NCBI GenBank assembly: GCA_047947115.1
Contig: CP170459.1
Span: 219,218 to 283,217 of the forward strand
Origin: Verrucomicrobiota bacterium
GTDB taxonomy: Bacteria; Verrucomicrobiota; Verrucomicrobiia; Limisphaerales; AAA164-E04
DNA: 64,000 nt
Direction: 5' to 3'
In this document: positions 1-8,128 of the stretch, piece after piece
How the letters are laid out: each line of letters opens with the position of its first letter
Numbering within the stretch: position 1 is the stretch's first letter
The notes under the pieces: model-generated
The model's database searches: none
The model's input: the letters and a program-made list of their open reading frames with translations, nothing else
What the model was told of the DNA's origin: nothing
Position numbers and translations under genes: made by a program

Positions 1-78
1 TACAACAACCGCCAGGAAGTCGACCGCTGCCTGGAAGTATTGGAACACATTCAAAAAAGGTTCGGCGACTTGGAATAG
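1..78 (+). CDS. 3' end of a gene starting upstream of the window (possibly a class-V aminotransferase/cysteine desulfurase tail)
   Basis: Frame 1 is open from base 1 to TAG at 76-78 (...YNNRQEVDRCLEVLEHIQKRFGDLE*). The tail pattern and the IscU-like gene just downstream suggest a sulfur/Fe-S locus. Only 25 residues are visible. Confidence 0.3.
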   Translation, partial: YNNRQEVDRCLEVLEHIQKRFGDLE

Positions 79-127
79 GCTGAAGCCCTGCCGGAAACAT
101 TGAAAAACCATAAATCTTGATCATCAC

Positions 128-688
128 ATGAGCGACGCATCCAACATTACACCCCAATCCACCATGAAGGAGGTTTTGGAAACCTTCCCATGGGCACAAC
201 GCGCATTGTTTCGACACTATCACATCGGCGGATGCGCCAGCTGTGCTTTTCAACCCGAGGAAACAGTGGAAGCGCTGTGCCAACGCAATGAGAATCTGGA
301 TCCAAACGAAGTCATCGGAAAGATTCAGGAGTGCCATGATGAGGACTCCAAAGTATTGATGACCGCCATGGACGTTTCTGAAGCCCTTCAATCCGATGCC
401 CCCTGCCGACTGGTAGACATCCGAACCAGCGAAGAATGGGATGCGGTCAAATTGGAGGGAGCCGTCCATATGTCCCAGGAATCCATGCAAATGATCCTGA
501 CCCAGTGGCCACGCGAAGATCTCCTGGTCATCTATGATCACATGGGGCGCAACAGCCTGGATGCGGCCACTTATTTTCAGGGCCAGGGATTTAAAAACGT
601 TCGCTGCCTGGCCGGAGGCATTGACGCGTGGTCCCGCGAAGTGGACAACTCGGTGGCGCGCTATCGTTTGGAACCAGTGGAAGGTTGA
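128..688 (+). CDS. Two-domain protein: N-terminal CxxC redox-disulfide domain (DUF1858/ScdA_N-like) plus C-terminal rhodanese-homology domain
   Basis: The N-terminus (MKEVLETFPWAQRALFRHYHIGGCASCAF) resembles hybrid-cluster-associated redox disulfide domains. The C-terminus has rhodanese-fold motifs (RLVDIRTSEEWDAVKLEGAVHM ... CLAGGIDAW). The active-site loop reads VIYDHMGRNS and contains no Cys. Confidence 0.7.
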   Translation: MSDASNITPQSTMKEVLETFPWAQRALFRHYHIGGCASCAFQPEETVEALCQRNENLDPNEVIGKIQECHDEDSKVLMTAMDVSEALQSDAPCRLVDIRTSEEWDAVKLEGAVHMSQESMQMILTQWPREDLLVIYDHMGRNSLDAATYFQGQGFKNVRCLAGGIDAWSREVDNSVARYRLEPVEG

Positions 689-726
689 TTTCCGGGAAAT
701 TGAGCCTACTATTTTGAAAGAGTAAC

Positions 727-1236
727 ATGTCAGACGCATTTCAACAAAAAGTCGAGGAAGCCATCCGCAACCCCAAGAATCTGGGCAAGATGGAAGATGC
801 TGATTCAGTGGGCACTGTGGGAGGCGCAGGATGCGGAGACATGCTGCGTATGTGGCTGAAGTTTCGAGATCAGGACGGCAAGAAGGTCATCGACAAGGCT
901 TCTTTCCAGTCGTTTGGATGTGAAACAGCCATTGCGGCAGCCAGCCTGGCGACGGAACTGATTCGTGGGAAGACCACCGAAGAAGCCATGTCCATGTCGG
1001 GGGCCGAACTGGCAGCTGACCTCGGTCCCCTGCCCCCGACCAAAATCCACTGCACCACCATGGTGGAGGACGCGCTACGCACGGCCATTGAATCACATCA
1101 AGGCAAAGCCTGCGAAAACCTCGAACCAAAATCACAAAGCACCCGCTCGTCGAACAGTTTGCTCGATAATATGAATGCTTCCACAAAGGGAGGCAAGGGA
1201 CTTAAAGTCGTCCTGCTGCCCCCGGAAGAAAGTTAA
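727..1236 (+). CDS. iscU: IscU/NifU N-terminal-type Fe-S cluster assembly scaffold with a roughly 35 aa C-terminal extension
   Basis: Three scaffold cysteines sit in canonical contexts (GAGCGDMLRMWL, FQSFGCETAIAAAS, PTKIHCTTMVEDAL). Confidence 0.8.
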   Translation: MSDAFQQKVEEAIRNPKNLGKMEDADSVGTVGGAGCGDMLRMWLKFRDQDGKKVIDKASFQSFGCETAIAAASLATELIRGKTTEEAMSMSGAELAADLGPLPPTKIHCTTMVEDALRTAIESHQGKACENLEPKSQSTRSSNSLLDNMNASTKGGKGLKVVLLPPEES

Positions 1237-1258
1237 CCTTAAAAACAAAGGAATCGTT

Positions 1259-1858
1259 ATGTCCGTTATGAAAACCACTCGTCTCATCCTGCTGCTCACC
1301 TTCGTTATCGGACACATTGCCGCCTCCTCACGAGCGGAAACGATTTACCTGATCAACGGCGATCAAATCCAGGCCAAGGTCGTTTCTCTGGACAGTCAAT
1401 CACTTTCACTGCACAGCGACATCCTAGGAACCCTGAGCATCCCACGCAGTAAAATTGCGCGGATTGATTTTGTCCAACTTCAGAAAACGGCTGCCAACAG
1501 GATTACGCCTCAAGGGGGTCAAGCCCCTGCAACAAGGCAAGCAGCACAACCTTCCCTGCCATCGACGATCCCTGGAATCCTGAATGCCGGGGATCAAGAC
1601 CAACTGATACAACAGGTCCAACAGCAATTGCTCACTACCGCCGGTCCAGAAGCCAATGAAATGTATCAACAACTGGTTCAGGGAGTCATGGCCGGTTCGG
1701 TCAATGTCCCCCAGTTGAAATCCATGGCACAGGATACGGTGAATCAAATTGAAGAGCTACAGGCAGAACTCGGCGAGGATGTCGGCTTTGCTTTGGATGG
1801 CTATCTCGGCATCCTCAAAGGTTTCATCCAAAAAGCTGAGCGACAGCAGTCCAGATAG
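1259..1858 (+). CDS. Secreted hypothetical protein (signal peptide, Gln-rich)
   Basis: The internal ATG at 1259 gives MSVMKTTRLILLLTFVIGHIAASSRA, a signal-peptide-like N-terminus. I recognise no family. Confidence 0.5.
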   Translation: MSVMKTTRLILLLTFVIGHIAASSRAETIYLINGDQIQAKVVSLDSQSLSLHSDILGTLSIPRSKIARIDFVQLQKTAANRITPQGGQAPATRQAAQPSLPSTIPGILNAGDQDQLIQQVQQQLLTTAGPEANEMYQQLVQGVMAGSVNVPQLKSMAQDTVNQIEELQAELGEDVGFALDGYLGILKGFIQKAERQQSR

Positions 1859-1933
1859 GTATCGCGTGGCGTCTCGGCGCGCAATCCTCAGGGCTCTCAT
1901 ACGCTAAATAGTGCCTGACCAAAAACTAGAATG

Positions 1934-1983
1934 AGCAAGCCTACAAAGCATTTGGAATTTCCGAATGCTTTGTAGGCTTGCTG
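1934..1983 (+). terminator. Long near-perfect hairpin (about 19-22 bp stem), possible terminator or REP-like element
   Basis: The arms are agcaagcctacaaagcatt and aatgctttgtaggcttgct. No clear T-run follows. Confidence 0.35.
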
Positions 1984-2025
1984 GGTATTGGAAATCATGG
2001 CGAAAGCGTGAACGGCGCTAGAAAA

Positions 2026-2063
2026 GAATGTCCGGACAGGATTGTCTGCCTGTCCGGACATTC
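2026..2063 (+). terminator. Hairpin with a 15 bp perfect stem followed by a short T-run
   Basis: The sequence is gaatgtccggacagg-attgtctg-cctgtccggacattc followed by acttttc. It lies downstream of the 1259..1858 gene. Confidence 0.45.
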
Positions 2064-2123
2064 ACTTTTCAGTAGAATATCCTCGGCAAACGCCTTTCAA
2101 CAAACCACAATCATCGACATCCC

Positions 2124-2885
2124 ATGAATACCATCATTCGAAAGCATCAAGCATATAAACAAGTCCTTTGCATAGGGATCTTCGCATGGATCGCCGGCGG
2201 CGCCATCGTCTCCTCCTCATTGAAGGCCGGCGAAGCTGAGACAGTGCGTGCCACCATCGATGACAAGCAGCCCGGCTGGCGGGCACTCGGCAAAGACGAT
2301 TTCACCAAGGTCAACAGCGCCGAGGATACATGGACATGGAAAGACGGCATCCTGCACTGCACAGGTCAGCCCATCAGCGTCCTGCGAACGGACAAACAGT
2401 ATGAAAACTTCGAACTGGTCGTTGAATGGAGTCACCAAAAATCAGCCGGTAACTCCGGGGTGTTTGTGTGGGTCACGCCCGAATCCATTAAGAACCTGAC
2501 GGAAAAAGGCAAACCGGGACTCCCGGACGGCATTGAAGTGCAGATCCTCGATCATGGTTACACCGACAAAGTGAAAGCCCAGGGTGGAAAAACCGATTGG
2601 TTCGGAACCAATGGAGACGTCTTCCCTGTTCGCGTCAAGATGACGCCGTTCCCCCCTCTATCGCCGAACGGACAACGCAGTTTCCCGCGCAAACACCTGG
2701 CCAAGGGTCATGGAGAATGGAACCATTACTACATCCGCGCCATCAATGGTGAAGTCCGACTATGGGTGAACGGCGAGGAGGTCTCGGGCGGCACCGGTTG
2801 CGATCCCCGCAAAGGTTTTCTCTGCCTGGAAAGCGAAGGCTCTCCCATCATCTTCCGGAAACTGCGCATCCGCGAGCTCCCCTGA
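2124..2885 (+). CDS. DUF1080 (3-keto-disaccharide hydrolase-like, LamG-fold) secreted protein
   Basis: There is a signal-anchor N-terminus. Motifs include WTWKDGILHCTG, YENFELVVEW, NSGVFVW, EVQILD and GFLCLESEGSPIIFRKLRIRELP. Confidence 0.75.
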   Translation: MNTIIRKHQAYKQVLCIGIFAWIAGGAIVSSSLKAGEAETVRATIDDKQPGWRALGKDDFTKVNSAEDTWTWKDGILHCTGQPISVLRTDKQYENFELVVEWSHQKSAGNSGVFVWVTPESIKNLTEKGKPGLPDGIEVQILDHGYTDKVKAQGGKTDWFGTNGDVFPVRVKMTPFPPLSPNGQRSFPRKHLAKGHGEWNHYYIRAINGEVRLWVNGEEVSGGTGCDPRKGFLCLESEGSPIIFRKLRIRELP

Positions 2886-2908
2886 TCTCTGAACTGTTGC
2901 CAGATAGC

Positions 2909-4834
2909 GTGAACCGATTGCTGCACATTTTGATCGGGTTGATCTTGGGCACGCTCGGGATTCAGGGCGATCCCGTGCCCCGGGAAATACGTTCATTCAT
3001 CAACGAGTATTGCCTCAAATGTCACGGCGGGGACAAGGTGAAGGGGGAGGTGGACTTTTCACTCTTTAAGACCAACGAGGACTTGGACACACACTACCGG
3101 ATTTGGGAAACAGCTGCTGAATTGCTCAGGGAAAAAGACATGCCCCCCGAATCATCGAAGCAACCGACTTCCCAAGAAACCCAAATCGTCCTGGACTGGT
3201 ATCAAGAACGCTTTGAACAAGCCGTCCAGGCTCACCCGGGCTATTTCAGACCCAGACGACTGTCAGCGGAGGAATATCGAAATACTTTGCGCTCGCTGTT
3301 CGGTTTTGACCTGGAAGTCCAGATCATGGAAGCGGAACAAACAGTGGCGGAGCGTTCTCTGATCTTGAAACTCATGCCCACCGATCCTCCGGGGAAAAGT
3401 GGATTCACAAATGACACCCATAGGAACCCGATCTCAACACTGATATGGGATCGTTACGACTACCTGACCGACTTGGCGCTGGAACGCTGGTTCAATGAAA
3501 AAGATTGGGCAGCGGATATTTCCGAAAATGAAAACAAAAACCCAAGCCTGTCCGAGGCCCGGAAAACTCTGGCCGAATTCCTCCCCCGCATCATACGTCG
3601 TCCCCTGGTTGAAAATGAACTGTTGATGCATCTGGAAAACCTCCGCGCATCCGAAAACTCTCCCGGTCAGGCATTGAAGCAAGAATTGAAAGCCGTACTC
3701 ATGTCGCCTGCTTTCTTGTACCGAGGCATCCTCATGCCACGTCAACCGGGAAAACAACAACCCGTCGATGCATTTGAATACGCGGAACGCATGTCCTATT
3801 TCCTGTGGGGTGACATGCCCGATGAAACTTTGAACAACCTTGCCTTTGATGGATCACTCCTGAACGAGCCCATCCTCAGCCAACAACTGGATCGAATGCT
3901 CCACTCTCCCAAATCACGTTACCTGGTGGAGAGCTTCGCCTGGCAATGGTTTTCCCTGGGGGATATGGATGAGGCCATTCTCCAAGTGCCGGTCAGGGAG
4001 GCATTACGAAGTCAGGTGATGGATTTCATCCATTATCTGTTTACGGAGGACCGTCCTCTGATGGAACTGATTGATTCAGACATCTCCTTCATCAATTCAC
4101 TGATTGCCAAACACTATGGCAAGGATCGCAGTCAGTTGAAACCTTACACCAAGCAAAAAGGAATCGAACTTGAGATCGTCCCCACTCAACGCATTCGGTT
4201 GCTCCACACAGCGGAACGCGGCGGCATACTGACCATGCCCGGCATACTGGCCATGAACCGCGGTCCGGTGATCCGAGGCACCTGGATACTGGACCGTATC
4301 CTGGGCGACCACCTGCCGGACCCGCCGATGAATGTGGGACAGGTCCCCCCCCAACTACCCGGCGAAAACCTAAGCTTCCGCGAACGCTTTGAATCACATC
4401 GAAACCAGGCTTCCTGTGCGTTATGTCATGACAAAATTGATCCGCTTGGTTTTGCGCTCGAAGGATACGACAGACAAGGAGGCTACATTCTAACCGGAAC
4501 CAAAGCCCTGCCAGGCGGGGAGGTCAAACACGTCAATAAGGCAGGCGATGTGGTGGACACCTCGGGCATGATGCCCAATGGCACGCGATTTGACAGCTTT
4601 GCATCCTTGAAGACCATACTCAAAACGGAGTATCGGACAAACGTGATACAAAACATCGTCGAACGAACCCTGTCGTTCGCTTTAGGCCGCTCACTGGAGC
4701 TGTATGATCGACCTGCAGTCGATTCGATCGTCACAAAACTGGAAGAAACAGATGGCACCTATCGTGATTTGTTGTTATGCATTCTCCAGAGTCTCCCGTT
4801 TCGTGAAACATTTGTCAGAGGCGAATCGTTATGA
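2909..4834 (+). CDS. PVC-type multi-DUF protein (PSCyt heme-binding CxxCH + DUF1587/1592/1595/1588/1585 architecture)
   Basis: Motifs are CLKCHGG, RRLSAEEYRNTLRSLFGFD, FLPRIIRRPL, MSPAFLYRG and CALCHDKIDPLGFALEGYD. The likely GTG start at 2909 (VNRLLHILIGLILG) lies after the stop of the upstream gene. The tracked ORF start at 2762 overlaps the DUF1080 gene. Confidence 0.8.
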   Translation: MNRLLHILIGLILGTLGIQGDPVPREIRSFINEYCLKCHGGDKVKGEVDFSLFKTNEDLDTHYRIWETAAELLREKDMPPESSKQPTSQETQIVLDWYQERFEQAVQAHPGYFRPRRLSAEEYRNTLRSLFGFDLEVQIMEAEQTVAERSLILKLMPTDPPGKSGFTNDTHRNPISTLIWDRYDYLTDLALERWFNEKDWAADISENENKNPSLSEARKTLAEFLPRIIRRPLVENELLMHLENLRASENSPGQALKQELKAVLMSPAFLYRGILMPRQPGKQQPVDAFEYAERMSYFLWGDMPDETLNNLAFDGSLLNEPILSQQLDRMLHSPKSRYLVESFAWQWFSLGDMDEAILQVPVREALRSQVMDFIHYLFTEDRPLMELIDSDISFINSLIAKHYGKDRSQLKPYTKQKGIELEIVPTQRIRLLHTAERGGILTMPGILAMNRGPVIRGTWILDRILGDHLPDPPMNVGQVPPQLPGENLSFRERFESHRNQASCALCHDKIDPLGFALEGYDRQGGYILTGTKALPGGEVKHVNKAGDVVDTSGMMPNGTRFDSFASLKTILKTEYRTNVIQNIVERTLSFALGRSLELYDRPAVDSIVTKLEETDGTYRDLLLCILQSLPFRETFVRGESL

Positions 4835-6414
4835 AATACCGAATTCATCGACGCACATTTTTGAGAGGTGCCGCGGGCGCGTTGTTGCCGCTGCCCTGGT
4901 TGAACCTCATGGAAGCTTCGGCAAAGACCACTGCATCGGAGAGGCCGCCCCTGCGGTTCATGACTCTCTTCAAGCCAAACGGTGTGCATCCGCCTTCATG
5001 GAATATCAATGGGGGAACCGAATTTGATTTCCGCATGTCCCCCCTGATGAAACCCTTCGAAAAACATCAGGAAGACCTGCTCATACTGGACAACATGGGA
5101 GACTTTGGCTTTTCCTCCCATGCGAGCTCCACCCGGCGTTTCCTCTCGGGCCACCACGAAAACAGCGAACAAGCATCCATCGACCAGCTCATCGCGGATA
5201 AAATCGGAAAGAACACCCGTCATCGCTCGCTGGAACTGACAACCGAAGGCTTGTTCCCCAATCAAATCGGCTGCAGCTACATTTCCTACGATCACAAAGG
5301 CCAGCCCATCCCCCGGGAAAGCGACCCTCAACTGGTCTTTGATCGACTCTTTCGCAATCCACTGCAACACCCGCAAAAACGTCGGGACATGGCCAGCTTG
5401 CTGGACCGTGTCAAGAACGATGCCAAAAGCCTGCAGCGCGAAGCAGGCTATGAGGACCAGGCCGTCCTCGATCAATACATGACCGTGGTTCGTGAAACAG
5501 AAAAGCGATTGGAAAACATGCAGGCTTCCGGAATTCCTGCCATCGAAATCACAGACGACCAACGCCCACCGCGCGCCTTGAATCTGAACGAACAGGTGGA
5601 ATCGATGATCGATCTGATTTCACTCGCTCTATGGACAGATTCGACACGATGTGTTTCCTACATGCTTGGAAACAGCAACAGCCGCATGATTTTCGATTTC
5701 CTCGGGGTCAAAGAACAACACCACTACCTCTCCCACTTCTTCCGCAACTTCAGCCGGTCCAACATCGATGGACTGCTGAAGATCAGTCTTTGGCACATGG
5801 AGAAATTCGATTATCTTTTGACTCGATTAAAATCATATAAAGATCAACACGGTTCCCTGCTCGACCACACCTTGGTGCTTTTTGGTTCCGGAATGGGCCA
5901 CAGCGACAACCATACCGTCAAACGCATCCCCATGGTGTTGGCTGGCGCCAGGGACCATTTGAAAACCGGCCGCTACCTGCGTTACTCAGAAAACCAGGAA
6001 CTCGGAAGGTTGCACCTGGCCATCATGCAGGCGTTCGGAGTGGAAGCCGAATCCTACGCAGGCGTCCACACTCCCCTCCCCGGTCTGGACGGATCACCGT
6101 TCGAAGCCTATCAGGAGCGCCCCTTCCAGAGCTGGGTCCGGCAGACCGGCAATCAGGTCACCGCCCAAGGACGGCTTCGCCTCTCTGAAGACCTCAACGA
6201 AGCCCGGATTTTCTACATCGACATAGAAAAACAACCGCCGGTAAAAATCGATGTCTCCTTCCGCGACTTCCATCACTTCAACCTGGCCTATCACTGCGGC
6301 ACTCCAATCAAACTGACCGGTGAAACATCCGAGAAAGACGGTCAGACGGTTGTTACCAAGATCGCATCGATTACATCCTTGTTCGGCAAAACCCCCGGCA
6401 CATTGAACGGGTGA
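4831..6414 (+). CDS. DUF1552 family protein with a twin-arginine-like signal
   Basis: The N-terminus is MKYRIHRRTFLRGAAGALLPLPWL and the SIDQLIADKIG...RSLEL motif is present. Its start overlaps the upstream stop (ATGA at 4831-4834), the typical DUF1592/DUF1552 pairing. Confidence 0.8.
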   Translation: MKYRIHRRTFLRGAAGALLPLPWLNLMEASAKTTASERPPLRFMTLFKPNGVHPPSWNINGGTEFDFRMSPLMKPFEKHQEDLLILDNMGDFGFSSHASSTRRFLSGHHENSEQASIDQLIADKIGKNTRHRSLELTTEGLFPNQIGCSYISYDHKGQPIPRESDPQLVFDRLFRNPLQHPQKRRDMASLLDRVKNDAKSLQREAGYEDQAVLDQYMTVVRETEKRLENMQASGIPAIEITDDQRPPRALNLNEQVESMIDLISLALWTDSTRCVSYMLGNSNSRMIFDFLGVKEQHHYLSHFFRNFSRSNIDGLLKISLWHMEKFDYLLTRLKSYKDQHGSLLDHTLVLFGSGMGHSDNHTVKRIPMVLAGARDHLKTGRYLRYSENQELGRLHLAIMQAFGVEAESYAGVHTPLPGLDGSPFEAYQERPFQSWVRQTGNQVTAQGRLRLSEDLNEARIFYIDIEKQPPVKIDVSFRDFHHFNLAYHCGTPIKLTGETSEKDGQTVVTKIASITSLFGKTPGTLNG

Positions 6415-6490
6415 TGAGTGCGGTGCGCAGCGCCGCTGTGGATACGGCTCGAAATCCATAGAAAAAAATTTCACATCCAACCGCTCTCCC

Positions 6491-6968
6491 GCAGGTAGAA
6501 CGTGCCGTCCCTGGCGCGTCCCTTGTGGCATGCGGATTAATATCAGCTTTTTTTTCGGGAAGCCTGCGGTTCTCAACAGTCCATGTCCCTTCCCGAACAC
6601 GCACAAGAGGCTGTTGCGGATTGATTACGCCAGGGTCTTCCTTTGGTGAACCAATTTGAAAAGGAATACCACAAGGGGCGGACCGGACGGTCCGATCTAC
6701 CCGTACGGCCACCACAGGTAGAACGTGCCGTCCCTGGCGCGTCCATTATGGCATGCGGATTAATATCAGCTTTTTTTCGGGAAGCCTGCGGTTCTCAACA
6801 GTTCGTGTCCCTTCCCGAACACGCACAAGAGGGTGTTGCGGATTGATTACGCCAGGGTCTTCCTTTGGTGAACCAATTTGAAAAGGAATACCACAAGGGG
6901 CGGACCGGGACGGTCCGATCTACCCGCACGGCCACCACAGGTGGAACGTGCCGTCCCTGGCGCGTCCC
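6491..6968. repeat. Tandem array (2 full copies plus a 31-bp third start) of a 222/223-bp MITE-like unit with roughly 40-bp imperfect terminal inverted repeats
   Basis: Copy 1 spans 6491-6713 and copy 2 spans 6714-6937, at about 97% identity. The third left end is at 6938-6968. The left TIR is GCAGGTAGAACGTGCCGTCCCTGGCGCGTCCCTTGTGG. The reverse complement of the right end is CGGGTAGATCGGACCGTCCGGTCCGCCCCTTGTGG. Confidence 0.75.
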
Positions 6969-6975
6969 TCGCGGC

Positions 6976-7182
6976 TCCGCCAAAAAAGACGCCCTCGGCT
7001 TCGTCGAAACATTTGAGAAAGGAATGTTGCCCATAGTGCCATTTGCCGGTCGCAAAGGTCTTGTATCCGGCCCGTCGAAACACTTCCGGCATGAGGGTTC
7101 CTGACTCCAATTGCATTGGTGCCCGAATCAGGGACTTCCTACTTTCCTTGTCAGCAAAGAGATCGTAGGATGCCGGCAACAT
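6976..7182 (-). pseudogene. Internal fragment of a sulfatase gene (about 69 codons), truncated at both ends
   Basis: The minus-strand translation ...LESGTLMPEVFRRAGYKTFATGKWHYGQHSFLKCFDEAEGVFFGG matches the conserved sulfatase block (AGY.T...GKWH ... FFGG). There is no CxPxR region upstream. Downstream the frame runs directly into the repeat TIR at about 6969. Confidence 0.65.
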
Positions 7183-7885
7183 GGTCCCCCGTCACAAAAC
7201 CAGCTACGTATGGGCGTTTACCTTGGTCGAGTTATTGGTCGTGATCGCCATTATTGCCATCCTTGCCGGCATGTTGCTGCCGGCCTTGAGCAAGGCAAAG
7301 TCAAAAGCCAACACTGTTCGCTGTGTTTCCAATCTGAGACAGATTGGCCTCACCATGTCCATGTACACTGGAGATCATGAAGAAAAATTCCCCTTCTCAG
7401 GCAGACAATGGCCACACATGCCATTGGTGGATTTGATAACGCTCTTCAATCCCTATATCAGCATCAATGCGCGTGCATTCTACCACTGCCCGGCCGACAA
7501 ACCACCCGCATGGAACATCGCATGGGCCACTGATAACGGAGCTGGTGCCGGAATCAACACGAATCAACTTCCCTTTCCGAATTCTTATTACTACTACCAT
7601 CAATTCTACAACGAAGACAAAATCCCCAACCCGAAACTCATGCAGCGACGGACACCGGAAGTGGCATTCACATCGCAGAAAGCCATCATGTCCTGTTTTG
7701 CCGAGCCACAGTTGGGGCAAATCTCTAACCCGAACCTCGGCCACGGCGACAAAGGATTTCCCCTGCTGTTTGTCGATGGACATTCCGGATTCATTGCCTA
7801 CCAAAAGTTGAACAAATCCGGCGCTTACGGCGATTACAATCTGGACTGGACCAAGGACGGGCTAAAGGGACAGGACTTGAAGTAA
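7181..7885 (+). CDS. Prepilin-type N-terminal cleavage/methylation domain protein (type II secretion pseudopilin-like, H-X9-DG class)
   Basis: Motifs are [44 protein letters not shown] and, near the C-terminus, [14 protein letters not shown]. Confidence 0.85.
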   Translation: MVPRHKTSYVWAFTLVELLVVIAIIAILAGMLLPALSKAKSKANTVRCVSNLRQIGLTMSMYTGDHEEKFPFSGRQWPHMPLVDLITLFNPYISINARAFYHCPADKPPAWNIAWATDNGAGAGINTNQLPFPNSYYYYHQFYNEDKIPNPKLMQRRTPEVAFTSQKAIMSCFAEPQLGQISNPNLGHGDKGFPLLFVDGHSGFIAYQKLNKSGAYGDYNLDWTKDGLKGQDLK

Positions 7886-7935
7886 CACGATCCACCTGCA
7901 TCATACACTCTTCAAAATGCGTTGTATGGACTTCC

Positions 7936-8058
7936 GCAGGTAGAGCGGATCGTCTTGATGCGGTCGTGGGGCATCCAATGCCCCGGGGTTTTCCTTTGCC
8001 CGGCAATCTTGAACAAGCCCACCACAAGGCACGCGGCGGGACACCACGTTCTACCTGC
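7936..8058. repeat. Short (123 bp) member of the same MITE-like family
   Basis: It starts GCAGGTAGAGCGG and ends CGTTCTACCTGC. Its internal blocks ggttttcctttgcc...cttgaa and ccaccacaagg match the 222-bp unit. Confidence 0.65.
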
Positions 8059-8068
8059 AACAATGCAC

Positions 8069-8103
8069 AAAAAAAACGCCCATCCATGACGGACGGGCGT
8101 TTT
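8069..8103 (-). terminator. Rho-independent terminator of dxs
   Basis: The minus strand reads acgccc-loop-gggcgt followed by T8. It lies 26 bp after the dxs stop. Confidence 0.6.
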
Positions 8104-8128
8104 GTGTGATTCAATTCGTTACGGACAA

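Noticed and set aside
6491-6968. Possible CRISPR array
   Set aside because: The repeat unit is 222 bp with no unique spacers between copies. No cas genes are present in the window. There are only 2.2 copies.
6643-7104. Two ORFs starting with the identical peptide MVNQFEKEYHKGRTG (6643..6846 and 6865..7104), plus minus-strand ORFs 6371..6715 and 6795..7055.
   Set aside because: They are generated by the 222-bp tandem repeat. Their identity reflects DNA repetition, and there is no protein-like composition or family match.
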